Below, in pieces: positions 8,730-18,017 of a stretch of DNA of 64,000 nucleotides. Numbering within the stretch: position 1 is the stretch's first letter; every line of letters starts with the position of its first letter. The notes below the pieces were generated by a model. It did no database searches and was not told the DNA's origin. It saw only the letters and a program-made list of their open reading frames with translations. The DNA lies in assembly GCA_034667685.1 (NCBI GenBank), contig JAXDQU010000021.1, positions 32,001 to 96,000 on the forward strand, in the 5' to 3' direction. This DNA comes from Thermoplasmata archaeon. Lineage in GTDB: Archaea; Thermoplasmatota; SW-10-69-26; JACQPN01; JAJPHT01. Both the position numbers and the translations under genes were made by a program.

Positions 8730-11167
8730 CGCTGGGCGCGATCCTGCTGGCGCTCGCCGCGCTCCTCGCGCTCGCCGCGATGCTATCACCTGCCCGCTGG
8801 CGCCGCGCGCTGGCCGCCGCGCACGCGAGCGCCGTGCTCCTGGCCTTCGCGGTGATGCTCCTCGCGTTCCTCGGCACCGACCTCTCCTATGCCTACGTCT
8901 GGGACCACACGAACGCCAGCTATCCGTGGTCCTACAAGCTCGCGGGGCTCTGGGGCGGCGAGGAGGGCACGCTGCTCCTGTGGAACGCCGCGCTCGCCGC
9001 CTTCCTCGTGCCCGTGCTGCGCAAGGACCGCGTCGCGGGCGGCTTCCTCCTCGCCATGAGCGGCGGCCTCGCGCTCGTGAACCTGCTCGCGGGCGCGTTC
9101 GACGCCGCCGACCCCGCGCAGGTCGTCTTCGCGCCCGCGGGCCGCGGCCTCGCCGACGTGCTGCTCACGCCGCTCATGGTCATCCACCCGCCCGTGCAGT
9201 TCCTGGGCTACGCGCTCATGGCCGTGCCCGCCGCGTACATGCTCGCGGGCTGGTGGCGCCAGGATGTGCGCGGCGTCGCCCCGAGCGCCTACGCCTGGGC
9301 GCGCGTGGCGTGGCTCTTCGCGACGCTCGGCCTCGGCCTGGGCGCGCTCTGGGCCTACTACGTGCTATCGTTCGGCGGATACTGGGCGTGGGACCCCGTC
9401 GAGGTCTCGAACCTCCTGCCCTGGCTCGCGCTCACCGCGTTCCTCCACGCGGGCAAGGCGCTGCGCGACCGCGGCGACCACCCGCTCGCGGCGCCCACGC
9501 TCGCCTTCGGCGCGCACGCGCTCACGCTCTTCGCCACGTTCGCCACGCGCAGCGGCCTCTGGGTCAGCGTCCACGCCTTCACCGACCCGACGAACCGCTT
9601 CGAGCCCGACGCGGGCCTGCGCCTGCTCGCGATCCTCGCCGTCCACCCCGAGAGCCGGCTGCTCCTGGGCCTCCTGTCCGCGACGGTGCTATCAGGCTTC
9701 GCGCTCTTCGCCTGGAGCCACGCGAAGGGCATCCTCCTGCGCGCGTGGGCCGCCCTTCTCCTGCTGCTCGCGGGCATCGCGGCGCTCGACCCCGCCTTCG
9801 CGTGGGGGCTCGTCCTCCAGGCGGGCGCGATCGTCCCGTACGGCGCCGCGATCCTCCTGCTCGCGCTGCTGGGCGGCCCGCTCGCGCTCGCGTTCCTCGA
9901 CGCCGAGGAGGGGCGCCGCAAGCTCGCGCTCGACCCGCGGACTTTGCTATCAACGGCCGTCGTGCTCCTGGCGGTCGGCCTCGCCGTCGCGCTGCTCCTC
10001 GACCTCCAGGTCGTCAACGGCAGCGACCGCGCCCTCTTCGACGAACGCGCCCCCCTCGTCGTCATCCCGCTCGTGAGCGCGCTGACGCTCCTGCTGGCCC
10101 TCGGGCCGCTGGGCAAGCGCGGCGCGACGATTTTGGCGGGTGTGGGCCTCGCCGCGGGGCTCGCCGGCTTCGCCCTCTTCCCGCAGGCGCGCGTCGTCGC
10201 CCTCGCCGCCCCGCCCCTCGCCGCCGGCATCGCCGCCGCGCTGCTCAAGGTCGCGCAGGTGCAAGGCCCCGCAAGCGACGCGCGCCTCAAGGTCGCGGGC
10301 CTTTCCTCGGGCGCCGCCGCGCTGCTCGGCCTCGTCATGTGGGGCAACCCGCCCACGTGGGTCCTCCGCCTCGCCATCCCCCCAGGCGCCAGCCTCGCGC
10401 TCGGTTTCCTCGGAGTCGCGCTCGCGGCGCTGGGGCTCGCCGGCGCTTTCCTCGCCTGGCGCGGACGCGCGTTCGCATGGGCCCTCGCGGGCTCGCTCGC
10501 CGCCGCGCTCACGCTGGGCTACGGCGTCGGCCTCGTGCTGGGCCTCGTAGGCGCGGGGCTCGTCGCCATGCAGCGCGACCGCTTCGCCCCGCCCGCCGCT
10601 GCCCGCGCGCTGGGCCCGCGCCTGCGCGAGACGGGCATCTACGTCATCCACTTCGCGCTGCTCGTGGGGCTCCTGGGCTACGCCGCGAGCACGTACAGCC
10701 AGGACCGCGAGGTGTTCGCCGCCGAGCCGCCCGACGCCATCCTCCAGGCGGGCGGCCACTCGTTCGCGCTCCAGGGCGCGCAGCCCACGCTCGCCGAGGG
10801 CGGCATCCAGTCGCTCGTCGTCCCCATCCGCGTCGACGACGGCGGCGGCACCCCGCTGCGCTTCGGCTGGGCGGGCAACCACTACGCCGGCGCGCTGGAG
10901 GTCCGCCGCGCCCTCGCCGAGGACGTGTACGTCACGCCGCTCGCCTTCCACACGCCCGCCGGCTGGGTCGGCGCCAACAGCGTCGGCAGCATGGCGCCCG
11001 CCGGCCCGGTCGACGCCGTCTCGCTGAGCATCACCGTCCTGCCGCTCGTCGGCCTCGTCTGGAGCGGGCTCTGGGGCATGCTCCTCGGGATGCTGCTCGT
11101 GCTATCAGGCGTCGCGCTGGAGCGGCGCAGCGCTGAAATACCGCCGGGGGGTTCGCGCCGGACGTGA
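8726..11167 (+). CDS. ccmF: Cytochrome c biogenesis heme lyase CcmF
   Basis: WGGEEGTLLLW, HPP, GGYWAWDPVEVSNLLPWL...H, RSG..SVHAF. Confidence 0.92.
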   Translation: MTLGAILLALAALLALAAMLSPARWRRALAAAHASAVLLAFAVMLLAFLGTDLSYAYVWDHTNASYPWSYKLAGLWGGEEGTLLLWNAALAAFLVPVLRKDRVAGGFLLAMSGGLALVNLLAGAFDAADPAQVVFAPAGRGLADVLLTPLMVIHPPVQFLGYALMAVPAAYMLAGWWRQDVRGVAPSAYAWARVAWLFATLGLGLGALWAYYVLSFGGYWAWDPVEVSNLLPWLALTAFLHAGKALRDRGDHPLAAPTLAFGAHALTLFATFATRSGLWVSVHAFTDPTNRFEPDAGLRLLAILAVHPESRLLLGLLSATVLSGFALFAWSHAKGILLRAWAALLLLLAGIAALDPAFAWGLVLQAGAIVPYGAAILLLALLGGPLALAFLDAEEGRRKLALDPRTLLSTAVVLLAVGLAVALLLDLQVVNGSDRALFDERAPLVVIPLVSALTLLLALGPLGKRGATILAGVGLAAGLAGFALFPQARVVALAAPPLAAGIAAALLKVAQVQGPASDARLKVAGLSSGAAALLGLVMWGNPPTWVLRLAIPPGASLALGFLGVALAALGLAGAFLAWRGRAFAWALAGSLAAALTLGYGVGLVLGLVGAGLVAMQRDRFAPPAAARALGPRLRETGIYVIHFALLVGLLGYAASTYSQDREVFAAEPPDAILQAGGHSFALQGAQPTLAEGGIQSLVVPIRVDDGGGTPLRFGWAGNHYAGALEVRRALAEDVYVTPLAFHTPAGWVGANSVGSMAPAGPVDAVSLSITVLPLVGLVWSGLWGMLLGMLLVLSGVALERRSAEIPPGGSRRT

Positions 11168-11778
11168 ACCCGTTGACCATCGTGGGCGGCCTCGTGCTGC
11201 TCTTCCTGGCGCCCGGGTTCCTGCTTCTCGCCGCGCTCTTCCCGGGCCGGCGCTACTTCGACGCCTTCCACCCGATCGCGCTCCCCGCCCTCTCGGTCGT
11301 GGCGAGCGTCGCGATCCTCATCGTCGCGGGCACGATCCTCGGCTTCCTGCCCGGCGGCCCCGGCGGCCTGGGGTGGTTCCAGGGCAACCAGGACGGCGCG
11401 CCCGTGATCGAGCTGACGCTGGGCGGCCTCTGCGTCGTCCTCTTCGCGGTGGCATGGTGGCGCGGCGCCTTCCCGCTGCTGGGCCGCAGCGCCGAATACC
11501 CAAGCTGGACGGAGCGCGGCGAGCCCGAGGAGGTGACGCGCCTGCGCGGCCTGCGCCTGGAGGAGGAGCGCCTGCGCAAGGAGGCCATCCGCGTCCGGCG
11601 CCGCGCGCGCGAGAGCCGCGACGTGGGCGTGCGCACCGCGCTCAACGAGGCCGCCGACGAGCTGGACGCCGAGCGCAAGACGCTGGGCAGCAAGGCGCGC
11701 GCCGAGGAGGAGGCGGCCGGCGAGCGCCGCTACGGCAAGAAGGCGTCGAGCCAGCGCTGGCGCCTGACCCGCCGGTGA
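11164..11778 (+). CDS. Membrane protein (DUF1616-like N-terminus) with charged coiled-coil tail
   Basis: LLFLAPGF...ALFP motif, 3 TM segments, E/R-rich C-terminus; coupled to ccmF. Confidence 0.75.
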   Translation: MNPLTIVGGLVLLFLAPGFLLLAALFPGRRYFDAFHPIALPALSVVASVAILIVAGTILGFLPGGPGGLGWFQGNQDGAPVIELTLGGLCVVLFAVAWWRGAFPLLGRSAEYPSWTERGEPEEVTRLRGLRLEEERLRKEAIRVRRRARESRDVGVRTALNEAADELDAERKTLGSKARAEEEAAGERRYGKKASSQRWRLTRR

Positions 11779-11835
11779 AGCCGACGGGCTCCGCGCGCGC
11801 AAGCGTCTTGTCTCGGACGTCCGCTCTCCACGCGC

Positions 11836-12042
11836 ATGACCAGGTCCCTCCTGCTCCTCGCGCTCGTCCTCGTGCCGCTCGCGCTCACGCCGCTGGCCGT
11901 CGCCGCCGCGCCCGAGTCGCCCGCGTACTTCACCCGCTGCCAGACGGCCGTCGCGGGCCTCAACTGCATCACGCCCGACGGCTGGTACTGCTGGGTCTGG
12001 GTCGATGCCGGCGTCCAGCAGGTCTGCTACCGCCCGCTGTGA
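11836..12042 (+). CDS. Small secreted 4-Cys peptide
   Basis: Signal peptide followed by a ~44-aa mature region with 4 Cys and 3 Trp; typical codon usage. Confidence 0.65.
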   Translation: MTRSLLLLALVLVPLALTPLAVAAAPESPAYFTRCQTAVAGLNCITPDGWYCWVWVDAGVQQVCYRPL

Positions 12043-12050
12043 GCCGCGGT

Positions 12051-12148
12051 CCGCTCGCCGCTTCGCGGCGCCGCCAGCACGCCACGACGCCAAGGCCTCG
12101 TCGGTTGGCGTGTTGGCGTCGTGGCGTGCTGGCGGGGAAGCGGAGCGG
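12051..12148. repeat. Palindromic element, family C (ACGCCAxx 8-mer units)
   Basis: CCGCCAGCACGCCACGACGCCAA...TTGGCGTCGTGGCGTGCTGGCGG. Confidence 0.85.
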
Positions 12149-12226
12149 TGGGACACGCACCCTGATATCACGCGCCGGACGACTGGCCACGGGCGGCCCG
12201 CCTTCGTCCACCCTGGTGCGGCTGCC

Positions 12227-12643
12227 CTACATCTTCTCTGCCACAACTTCTCCGGGCGAGATTTCCTCGTGGCGCAGCGCCAGCCACGCGGCGTCGACGA
12301 CGTGCACGTGCGCCTCCTCGACCTCGGGCGGCACGGCGCGCACGTCCGGGTACGCGAGCTGCACCGCGACGTGGACGCGCTCGTGGCTGTCGACCATCGC
12401 GACAGCCTGCCCTTCGTCCAGCCCGAGGCGCGCGCCCAGCCGCAGCACCGCGGCGACGTCGAGGAGGGTTGCGTAGAGCGGCGCGCCGTCGGGCCGGTCG
12501 CCCAGGCGGAACGTCACGCCCACGAGCCCCGCCACGGCGTACTCGGGCGGCACGGGAGGCCGCAGGCCGAGATGATAGACCAGCGTGTGGCGCGGGAAGC
12601 GCTGCACGATGCCCTCGCGGCGCAGGCGCGCTTCCCAGTCCAT
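12227..12643 (-). CDS. Hypothetical protein with HExxH motif
   Basis: SHERVHV followed by a downstream EEAH. Confidence 0.65.
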   Translation of the reverse strand: MDWEARLRREGIVQRFPRHTLVYHLGLRPPVPPEYAVAGLVGVTFRLGDRPDGAPLYATLLDVAAVLRLGARLGLDEGQAVAMVDSHERVHVAVQLAYPDVRAVPPEVEEAHVHVVDAAWLALRHEEISPGEVVAEKM

Positions 12644-12646
12644 GAC

Positions 12647-12919
12647 TCAGGAGCACGTCCGCATCGCATCAATGGCGTTGCTCGTCGCGGGGGCGAGGTA
12701 GCCGGTGCTGGGGTCCGCGGTCACCGTCGCGGCGAAGAGGAAGCCGCCCACGCACACCGAGATCAGCGCGAACGCCAGCCACGTCATGGGCATCGCCGCA
12801 CGGGCGCGAAGCACCATGCCGCCGCCCACGAGCACCATGACGTAGCTGACGTCCAGCACCAGCCAGTCCCACGGAACCACCGGCCCGCACAAGCCCCCCC
12901 GCCTCTGCGCGTGGGGCAC
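12647..12919 (-). CDS. Small membrane hypothetical protein
   Basis: Two hydrophobic helices; start uncertain. Confidence 0.45.
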   Translation of the reverse strand: MPHAQRRGGLCGPVVPWDWLVLDVSYVMVLVGGGMVLRARAAMPMTWLAFALISVCVGGFLFAATVTADPSTGYLAPATSNAIDAMRTCS

Positions 12920-12935
12920 ATGATCCTTTCCTCGA

Positions 12936-13769
12936 TCAGCTCAAGACCAGGGGGATGGAGACCAGCAGGGTGGCGACGCCGGCCCACTGCCAGGGGCGCA
13001 GCCGCTCGTGGAGCACCAGCGCGGCCCACGCGACGGTCGAGGCCGGGTAGAGCGAGCTGAGCACCGCGGCGACGTCGAGCCTTCCGAGCCGCTGCGCGAC
13101 GAGGTAGAGCAGGTTGCCCCCGACGTCGCACGCCATCGCCAGGAGCGCCAGCGGAAGGATGGCCCGCGCGCCGCGCACCGGCCGACGCAGCACGAGCACG
13201 AGTACCGCCAGGAGCAGCGCCGAGACGCCGCGGCTGACCGCGAGGGGCCACCACGTCCCCGCGACGCTCGCCTCGTGGATGCACACGAGGAATCCGCCGA
13301 AGCCCAGCCCGGCCAGCGCGCCCAGGCCCACGCCGCGCGCCTCGCCCGGCTGCGCGGAGACGAGCGCCACGCCCGCGAGCGCCAGCGCGAAGCCCAGCCA
13401 CGCGAGCGCGCCGGGCGCCCCCTGCGTGAACGCGCCGTACGCCACCGGGACCATCGCCGTGACGACGGCGGCCACCGGCGCGACGGCGCCCATGCGCCCG
13501 ATCGACAATCCCTGGTAGAGCGCGGTCAGGCCCACGACGCTCGCCACCGCGCTGCCCAGCGTCCACGCCAGCGCCGCGCCCCCCGGAAGCCCCTCGCCCG
13601 CCGCGAGCGCGATGGCGACCAGCACGAGCGTGCCGCCGGCGAGCGAGATCAGGACCGTGGCCCAGACGGTGCCGCGGCGCGTCGAGAGACCGCCCACGAA
13701 GTCGCCCGTGCCCCACGACACGCCCGCCGCGAGGGCGACGAGGGCGCCGAGGAACGCGGTGGGGTCCAC
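12936..13769 (-). CDS. DMT/EamA family transporter
   Basis: WGTGDFVGG, SSLYPASTV, LHERL; ~10 TM segments. Confidence 0.88.
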   Translation of the reverse strand: MDPTAFLGALVALAAGVSWGTGDFVGGLSTRRGTVWATVLISLAGGTLVLVAIALAAGEGLPGGAALAWTLGSAVASVVGLTALYQGLSIGRMGAVAPVAAVVTAMVPVAYGAFTQGAPGALAWLGFALALAGVALVSAQPGEARGVGLGALAGLGFGGFLVCIHEASVAGTWWPLAVSRGVSALLLAVLVLVLRRPVRGARAILPLALLAMACDVGGNLLYLVAQRLGRLDVAAVLSSLYPASTVAWAALVLHERLRPWQWAGVATLLVSIPLVLS

Positions 13770-13778
13770 GCGGCGCGA

Positions 13779-13927
13779 ACCCCAGCCTCGGCCTTAGTCT
13801 TAGCCTCAGCCTTGCTCGCCTCCAGCCACAGAGGACACAAAGGTCACGGAGGAACGAGAAAAGTCGCCTCTGTGGCTGGAAGGGCTGGGGCGGAGGCTGA
13901 GGCTAAGACTAAGGCTGAGGCTGGGGT
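13779..13927. repeat. Nested palindrome: AGCCTC/AGCCTT hexamer arms enclosing a family A element (13821-13880)
   Basis: 34-bp outer arms with one mismatch; inner TCCAGCCACAGAGG...CCTCTGTGGCTGGA. Confidence 0.9.
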
Positions 13928-15057
13928 CAGCCGCGCTTCTCGATGGGCACGTACTCGGCCCGATCCAGCCCGACGTACTCGGCGTCGGGGCGGAAGAGCC
14001 GGTTGTCGGAGAGCTGCTCCATGACGTGCGCGCTCCAGCCGGCCACGCGGCTCAAGGCGAAGATGGGCGTGAACAGGTCCGTCGGGATGTTCATGCTGTG
14101 GTACGTGGACGCGCTGTAGAAGTCCACGTTGGCGTCGAGCCCCTTCATGGCCTTGACCTTGGCCTGGATCTTGGTGCTCATGTCGTACCACTGGAGGTTG
14201 CCGCCGCGCTGGCCGAGGCGGTGGCTCATCTCCTTCAGATACGGCGCGCGCGGGTCGAGGACCTTGTAGATGCGGTGGCCGAAGCCGGGGATCTTCTCCT
14301 TGGCGCTCAGCTTCTCGGCGATGTACTTCTCGGCCTTGTCCGCGTTGCCGATGTCCTCGAGCATGTGCATGACGGCCTCGTTGGCGCCGCCGTGCAGCGG
14401 GCCCTTGAGCGTGCCGATGGCGCTCGTGATCGCGCTGTGCATGTCGCTGAGCGTGCTGGCCGTGACACGCGCGCTGAACGTGCTCGCGTTGAACCCGTGG
14501 TCGGCGTGGAGGACGAGCGCCACGTCGAAGTCGCGCGCGATCTCCGCGTCGGGCTCCTGGCCCGAGAGCATGTAGAGGAAGTTGGCCGCGTGCGTCAGGT
14601 CCGCCTTGGGCGCGATGGGCTCCTGCCCCTCGCGGAGGCGGTGGTACGCCGCGATGATCGTCGCCGTCTTGGCCGTGATGCGGTGCGCCTTGCGCATGTT
14701 GCCCGCGGGGTCGTTCTTCTCGACGTCCGGATCGAACGTGGAGAGCGCGGAGACGCTGGTGCGCAGCGCGTCCATCGGGGGGGCGCGGCCGGCGAGCACG
14801 CGCAGCGCATCGAGCACCGGCGTGGCGAGGGCGCGCTCCTTGGCGAGCAGCTCCTTCGTGTGCGCCAGCTCGGTGCGCGTGGGGAGCTTGCCCTGCCAGA
14901 GCAGGTGCGCGACCTCCTCGAAGCCGCTGTTGCGGGCCAGGTCGCCGATGTCGATCCCGCGGTACGTGAGGCGCCCCTGCTGGCCGTCCACCATGGAGAG
15001 CGACGTCTTGCCCGCGACGACGCCTTCCAGGCCCGCCTTCCACGTGCCGCTCGCCAT
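13927..15057 (-). CDS. citZ: Citrate synthase (type I / 2-methylcitrate synthase family)
   Basis: GLEGV, LHADHGFNASTF, GPLHGGANE, GFGHRIY, NVDFYS. Confidence 0.93.
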   Translation of the reverse strand: MASGTWKAGLEGVVAGKTSLSMVDGQQGRLTYRGIDIGDLARNSGFEEVAHLLWQGKLPTRTELAHTKELLAKERALATPVLDALRVLAGRAPPMDALRTSVSALSTFDPDVEKNDPAGNMRKAHRITAKTATIIAAYHRLREGQEPIAPKADLTHAANFLYMLSGQEPDAEIARDFDVALVLHADHGFNASTFSARVTASTLSDMHSAITSAIGTLKGPLHGGANEAVMHMLEDIGNADKAEKYIAEKLSAKEKIPGFGHRIYKVLDPRAPYLKEMSHRLGQRGGNLQWYDMSTKIQAKVKAMKGLDANVDFYSASTYHSMNIPTDLFTPIFALSRVAGWSAHVMEQLSDNRLFRPDAEYVGLDRAEYVPIEKRG

Positions 15058-15114
15058 TCGAAAGAACCCCGCGTTTGGCGCCGGACAGCGGGTGGGGGTG
15101 AAGAATGTTTCTCA

Positions 15115-15197
15115 CCCGAGCCCGCTTTCGAGCCCGATTCCGAGCCCTGTTTGCGCGGCTCATCGGGCTAGGAATCGGGCTCGAAAGCGGGCTCGGG
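15115..15197. repeat. Palindromic element, family H (CCCGAGCCC..TTTCGAGCCC), overlapping the uvrC stop codon
   Basis: CCCGAGCCCGCTTTCGAGCCCGATTCC...GGAATCGGGCTCGAAAGCGGGCTCGGG. Confidence 0.9.
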
Positions 15198-17072
15198 ATT
15201 CCTCCGCCGTTTCCACGACGCCTCGTCCGCCGGCGCGATCCGCTCGGCCTCCTTCGCGGCGGCCGCCGGCTCCAGGATGGCCTTGGCCAGCTTGGGCCCG
15301 ATGCCGGGGACGCGGGCGAGGTCCTCCTCGCGGGCGCGCAGCACGTCGTCCACGCTGCCGAAGTGCGCGAGCAGGGCGCGCTTCTTGGCGGGGCCGAGGC
15401 CGGGCACGGCGTCGAGCGCGCTCTCGCGGAGCTGCTTGCGGCGGCTCGCCCTTTGATAGCTCACGGCGAAGCGGTGCGCCTCGTCGCGCACGCGCATCAG
15501 GGGGAGCAGCGCCTCGCTCGCGCGGCCCAGCTTGAGCGGACGGAGCAGGTTGGGCAGGTAGACCTCCTCCTCCTTCTTGGCGAGGCTCGCGAGCGGCTGC
15601 GCGTCGAGGCCCAGCTCGTGGAGCGCCTTGCGCGCGGCGTTCAATTGGCCCATGCCGCCGTCGATGAGCACGAGGTCGGGAAGGGGCTCGCCCTCGCGCT
15701 GGAGGCGGCTGTAGCGCCGGCGGACCACCTCCTCCATCGCGGCGAAGTCGTCGTTGCGCTCGGTGCTCACCTTGAAGCGGCGGTACTCGGAGGGCGTCGC
15801 GCGGCCGTCCACGAGTACGCTCATCGAGGCGACGACGCCGGTGCCGCCCAGGTGGCTGATATCAAAGCACTCGATGCGCCGCGGGAGCGCGGGCAGCTTG
15901 AGCGCGGCCTGGAGCGCGGCCAGCTCCTTGCGGTGCTCGTCCTCGCCGCGCTTGAGGCGCTCCTGGCCGAGGCGGAACTCGGCGTTGCGCTGCGCGTGGT
16001 CGAGCACCGCGCGCAGGTCGCCCTTCTGCGGCACGCGGATGTCCACCGGGCCGCCGCGCTTCTCCGCGAGCCAGGCCGCGAGGCTCTCCGACCCCGCGGG
16101 CAGGTCAGGAACGAGGACCTCGCGGGGCACGCTGGGCAGGTTCTCGTAGTAGCGCTGCACGAACTCCGCGAGCACCTCGGGCACCTCGTGCGCCTGCGCG
16201 TTCCGGAAGAAGAACGTCTCCTGGCCCGCGACCTGGCCGCGCCGCAGCAGCACGACGACGCCGGTCCACGCCGGGCCTTCGCGGTGCACGGTGAACACGT
16301 CGCGGTCCTCCTTGCCGCCCGCGAAGATGGCCTGGTGCTGGAGCGTCGTCGTCACCGCGGTCAGGCGATCGCGGAGCTGCGCGGCGCGCTCGAACTGCTC
16401 GTGCTGCGCGGCATCCTCCATCTGGCGCTGCAGCTCCTTCGTGAGGCGTTCCATGTCGCCCTTGAGGAACGCCTCGGCCTGCTGCGAGGCCTCCTGATAT
16501 CGCGCGATGGGATCGACGTCCGAGAGGCCCCGGTCCGCGGTCTTGCGGCGGCGCTCCTCCAGGTCGGTCATGCACGGCGCCCAGCAGAGCCGCATTTGAT
16601 AGCTCAGGCAGCCGCCCGGCAGCAGCTCCTTGCAGTCGCGCAGGCGGAACACCTCCTGCATCGTCTTCAGCGTCCGCCATGCCGCGCCCGCGTTGGGAAA
16701 CGGCCCGAAGAGCCGCCCGCGCGCCTTGGTGTCGCGCACGATGCGCGCTCGCGGGAACGGGTGGTCCGAGAGCAGGATGAACGGGTAGCGCTTGTCGTCG
16801 GTGAGCGTGACGTTGTAGCGCGGGTGGTTCGCCTTGATCAGCGAGCTTTCGAGGAGCAGCGCCTCCTTCTCGGAGGTCGTCAGGATCAGCTCGACGTTCG
16901 CCGCCTTCTCCAGCATGACCTCCTTGCGCGGGTCGAGGTTGCCGTGCCGGTAGCTCGACAGGCGCGTCCGGAGGCTGCCCGCCTTCCCGACGTACAGGAT
17001 GGTGCCCTGGTCGTCCTTGAAGAGATAGACGCCCGGCTCCTCCGGCACCGTGGCGAGGTCGACCTTGAGCAT
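15168..17072 (-). CDS. uvrC: Excinuclease ABC subunit C
   Basis: PGVYLF..YVGKA GIY-YIG domain, UVR coil, IECFDISH, DLVLIDGG, RDEAHRFA, HhH motifs. Confidence 0.96.
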   Translation of the reverse strand: MLKVDLATVPEEPGVYLFKDDQGTILYVGKAGSLRTRLSSYRHGNLDPRKEVMLEKAANVELILTTSEKEALLLESSLIKANHPRYNVTLTDDKRYPFILLSDHPFPRARIVRDTKARGRLFGPFPNAGAAWRTLKTMQEVFRLRDCKELLPGGCLSYQMRLCWAPCMTDLEERRRKTADRGLSDVDPIARYQEASQQAEAFLKGDMERLTKELQRQMEDAAQHEQFERAAQLRDRLTAVTTTLQHQAIFAGGKEDRDVFTVHREGPAWTGVVVLLRRGQVAGQETFFFRNAQAHEVPEVLAEFVQRYYENLPSVPREVLVPDLPAGSESLAAWLAEKRGGPVDIRVPQKGDLRAVLDHAQRNAEFRLGQERLKRGEDEHRKELAALQAALKLPALPRRIECFDISHLGGTGVVASMSVLVDGRATPSEYRRFKVSTERNDDFAAMEEVVRRRYSRLQREGEPLPDLVLIDGGMGQLNAARKALHELGLDAQPLASLAKKEEEVYLPNLLRPLKLGRASEALLPLMRVRDEAHRFAVSYQRASRRKQLRESALDAVPGLGPAKKRALLAHFGSVDDVLRAREEDLARVPGIGPKLAKAILEPAAAAKEAERIAPADEASWKRRRNPEPAFEPDS

Positions 17073-17131
17073 CCGACAGGAACGACGGGGCGTCTCCGGC
17101 TTGAGGATTTGCGGGGCGTCGGCCCCCTGGC

Positions 17132-17214
17132 GTGACCCCACCAGAAACCCGAGGACCCGAAAACCCGAGAACCCGAGCCAAGGAATCGGGTTCTCGGGTT
17201 TCTGGTGGGGTCAC
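17132..17214. repeat. Palindromic element, family D (ACCCGAGA 8-mer units, GTGACCC/GGGTCAC ends)
   Basis: GTGACCCCACCAGAAACCCGAG...CTCGGGTTTCTGGTGGGGTCAC between divergent genes. Confidence 0.9.
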
Positions 17215-17315
17215 AAACCCGGCCAAGCGGAGAGGTGGGGAGGCCAAATGTGGAGGCTTTCTTTCAATGACCCCACTCCCTGAGGCTCTTTCGCCTGGCC
17301 GCCTGCCGGAGTCCC

Positions 17316-18017
17316 ATGCTCGGTGACGCGGTTGCGCCCCTCACGGCCCCCAGCCCTCTTTCGAGCCCCAGCCCGAGCCCTGCTTGCGCGTGGCAGCAGG
17401 GCTCGGGCTGGGGCTCGAAAGAGGGCTCGGGACGGCTACGCATCGGCCTCTCCGCCCAGGAATGGGCCGAGCCCGGACGGCTCACCCTCGTCGTCGCCCC
17501 GCCGCGCTGGCTAAGCGGCCTCGAATCGCGCCTCCTGCTGGACACCATCGCCACCGGCCGCGACGCCTTCCTGGTAAGCGGCGACAACCGCCTCGACGCC
17601 TACGCCCTCCTCGCCCAAGCCCGCGCAAAAGGGCTGGAGACCGAGCTGGCCGACGGCGTCTGGATCACGCGCGCCTTCACCGTCCACCAGCTCGTCGCGC
17701 TCCTCGAAGAAGCGCTCCCCCTCGCCAGCCGCCAACACCCGCTGGGCCTCGCCCTCGCCACCGGCCTCCTGGAGATGTTCCTCGACGAGGACGTTCAACC
17801 CCACGAAGCCCGCGCCCTCTTCACCCGCAGCGTGCGCCGCCTCGACGCCTGGGCCCGGACGCGCGACTTCCCCGTCATCGCCACCCTCGCGCAAGCTACC
17901 GGCGCGCGGGCCGAAGCGCTGCTCGCGGAGGTGCAGGGGCGGGAGCCACCGCGCGCCGCGCCGTCCCAGCTAGATCTGGCCAGATCTAGCCGCCAAGCCA
18001 CGCTGGAGGTGGCCTGA
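17316..18017 (+). CDS. Inactivated RadA/RecA-like protein of the PolB2 operon
   Basis: GDNRLDAY, ITRAFTVHQL and FLDEDV motifs, no Walker A; upstream of polB2. Confidence 0.8.
   Translation: MLGDAVAPLTAPSPLSSPSPSPACAWQQGSGWGSKEGSGRLRIGLSAQEWAEPGRLTLVVAPPRWLSGLESRLLLDTIATGRDAFLVSGDNRLDAYALLAQARAKGLETELADGVWITRAFTVHQLVALLEEALPLASRQHPLGLALATGLLEMFLDEDVQPHEARALFTRSVRRLDAWARTRDFPVIATLAQATGARAEALLAEVQGREPPRAAPSQLDLARSSRQATLEVA
17348..17431. repeat. Family H palindrome lying in-frame inside the RadA-like CDS
   Basis: 37-bp arms with one mismatch; 84 nt total. Confidence 0.9.
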
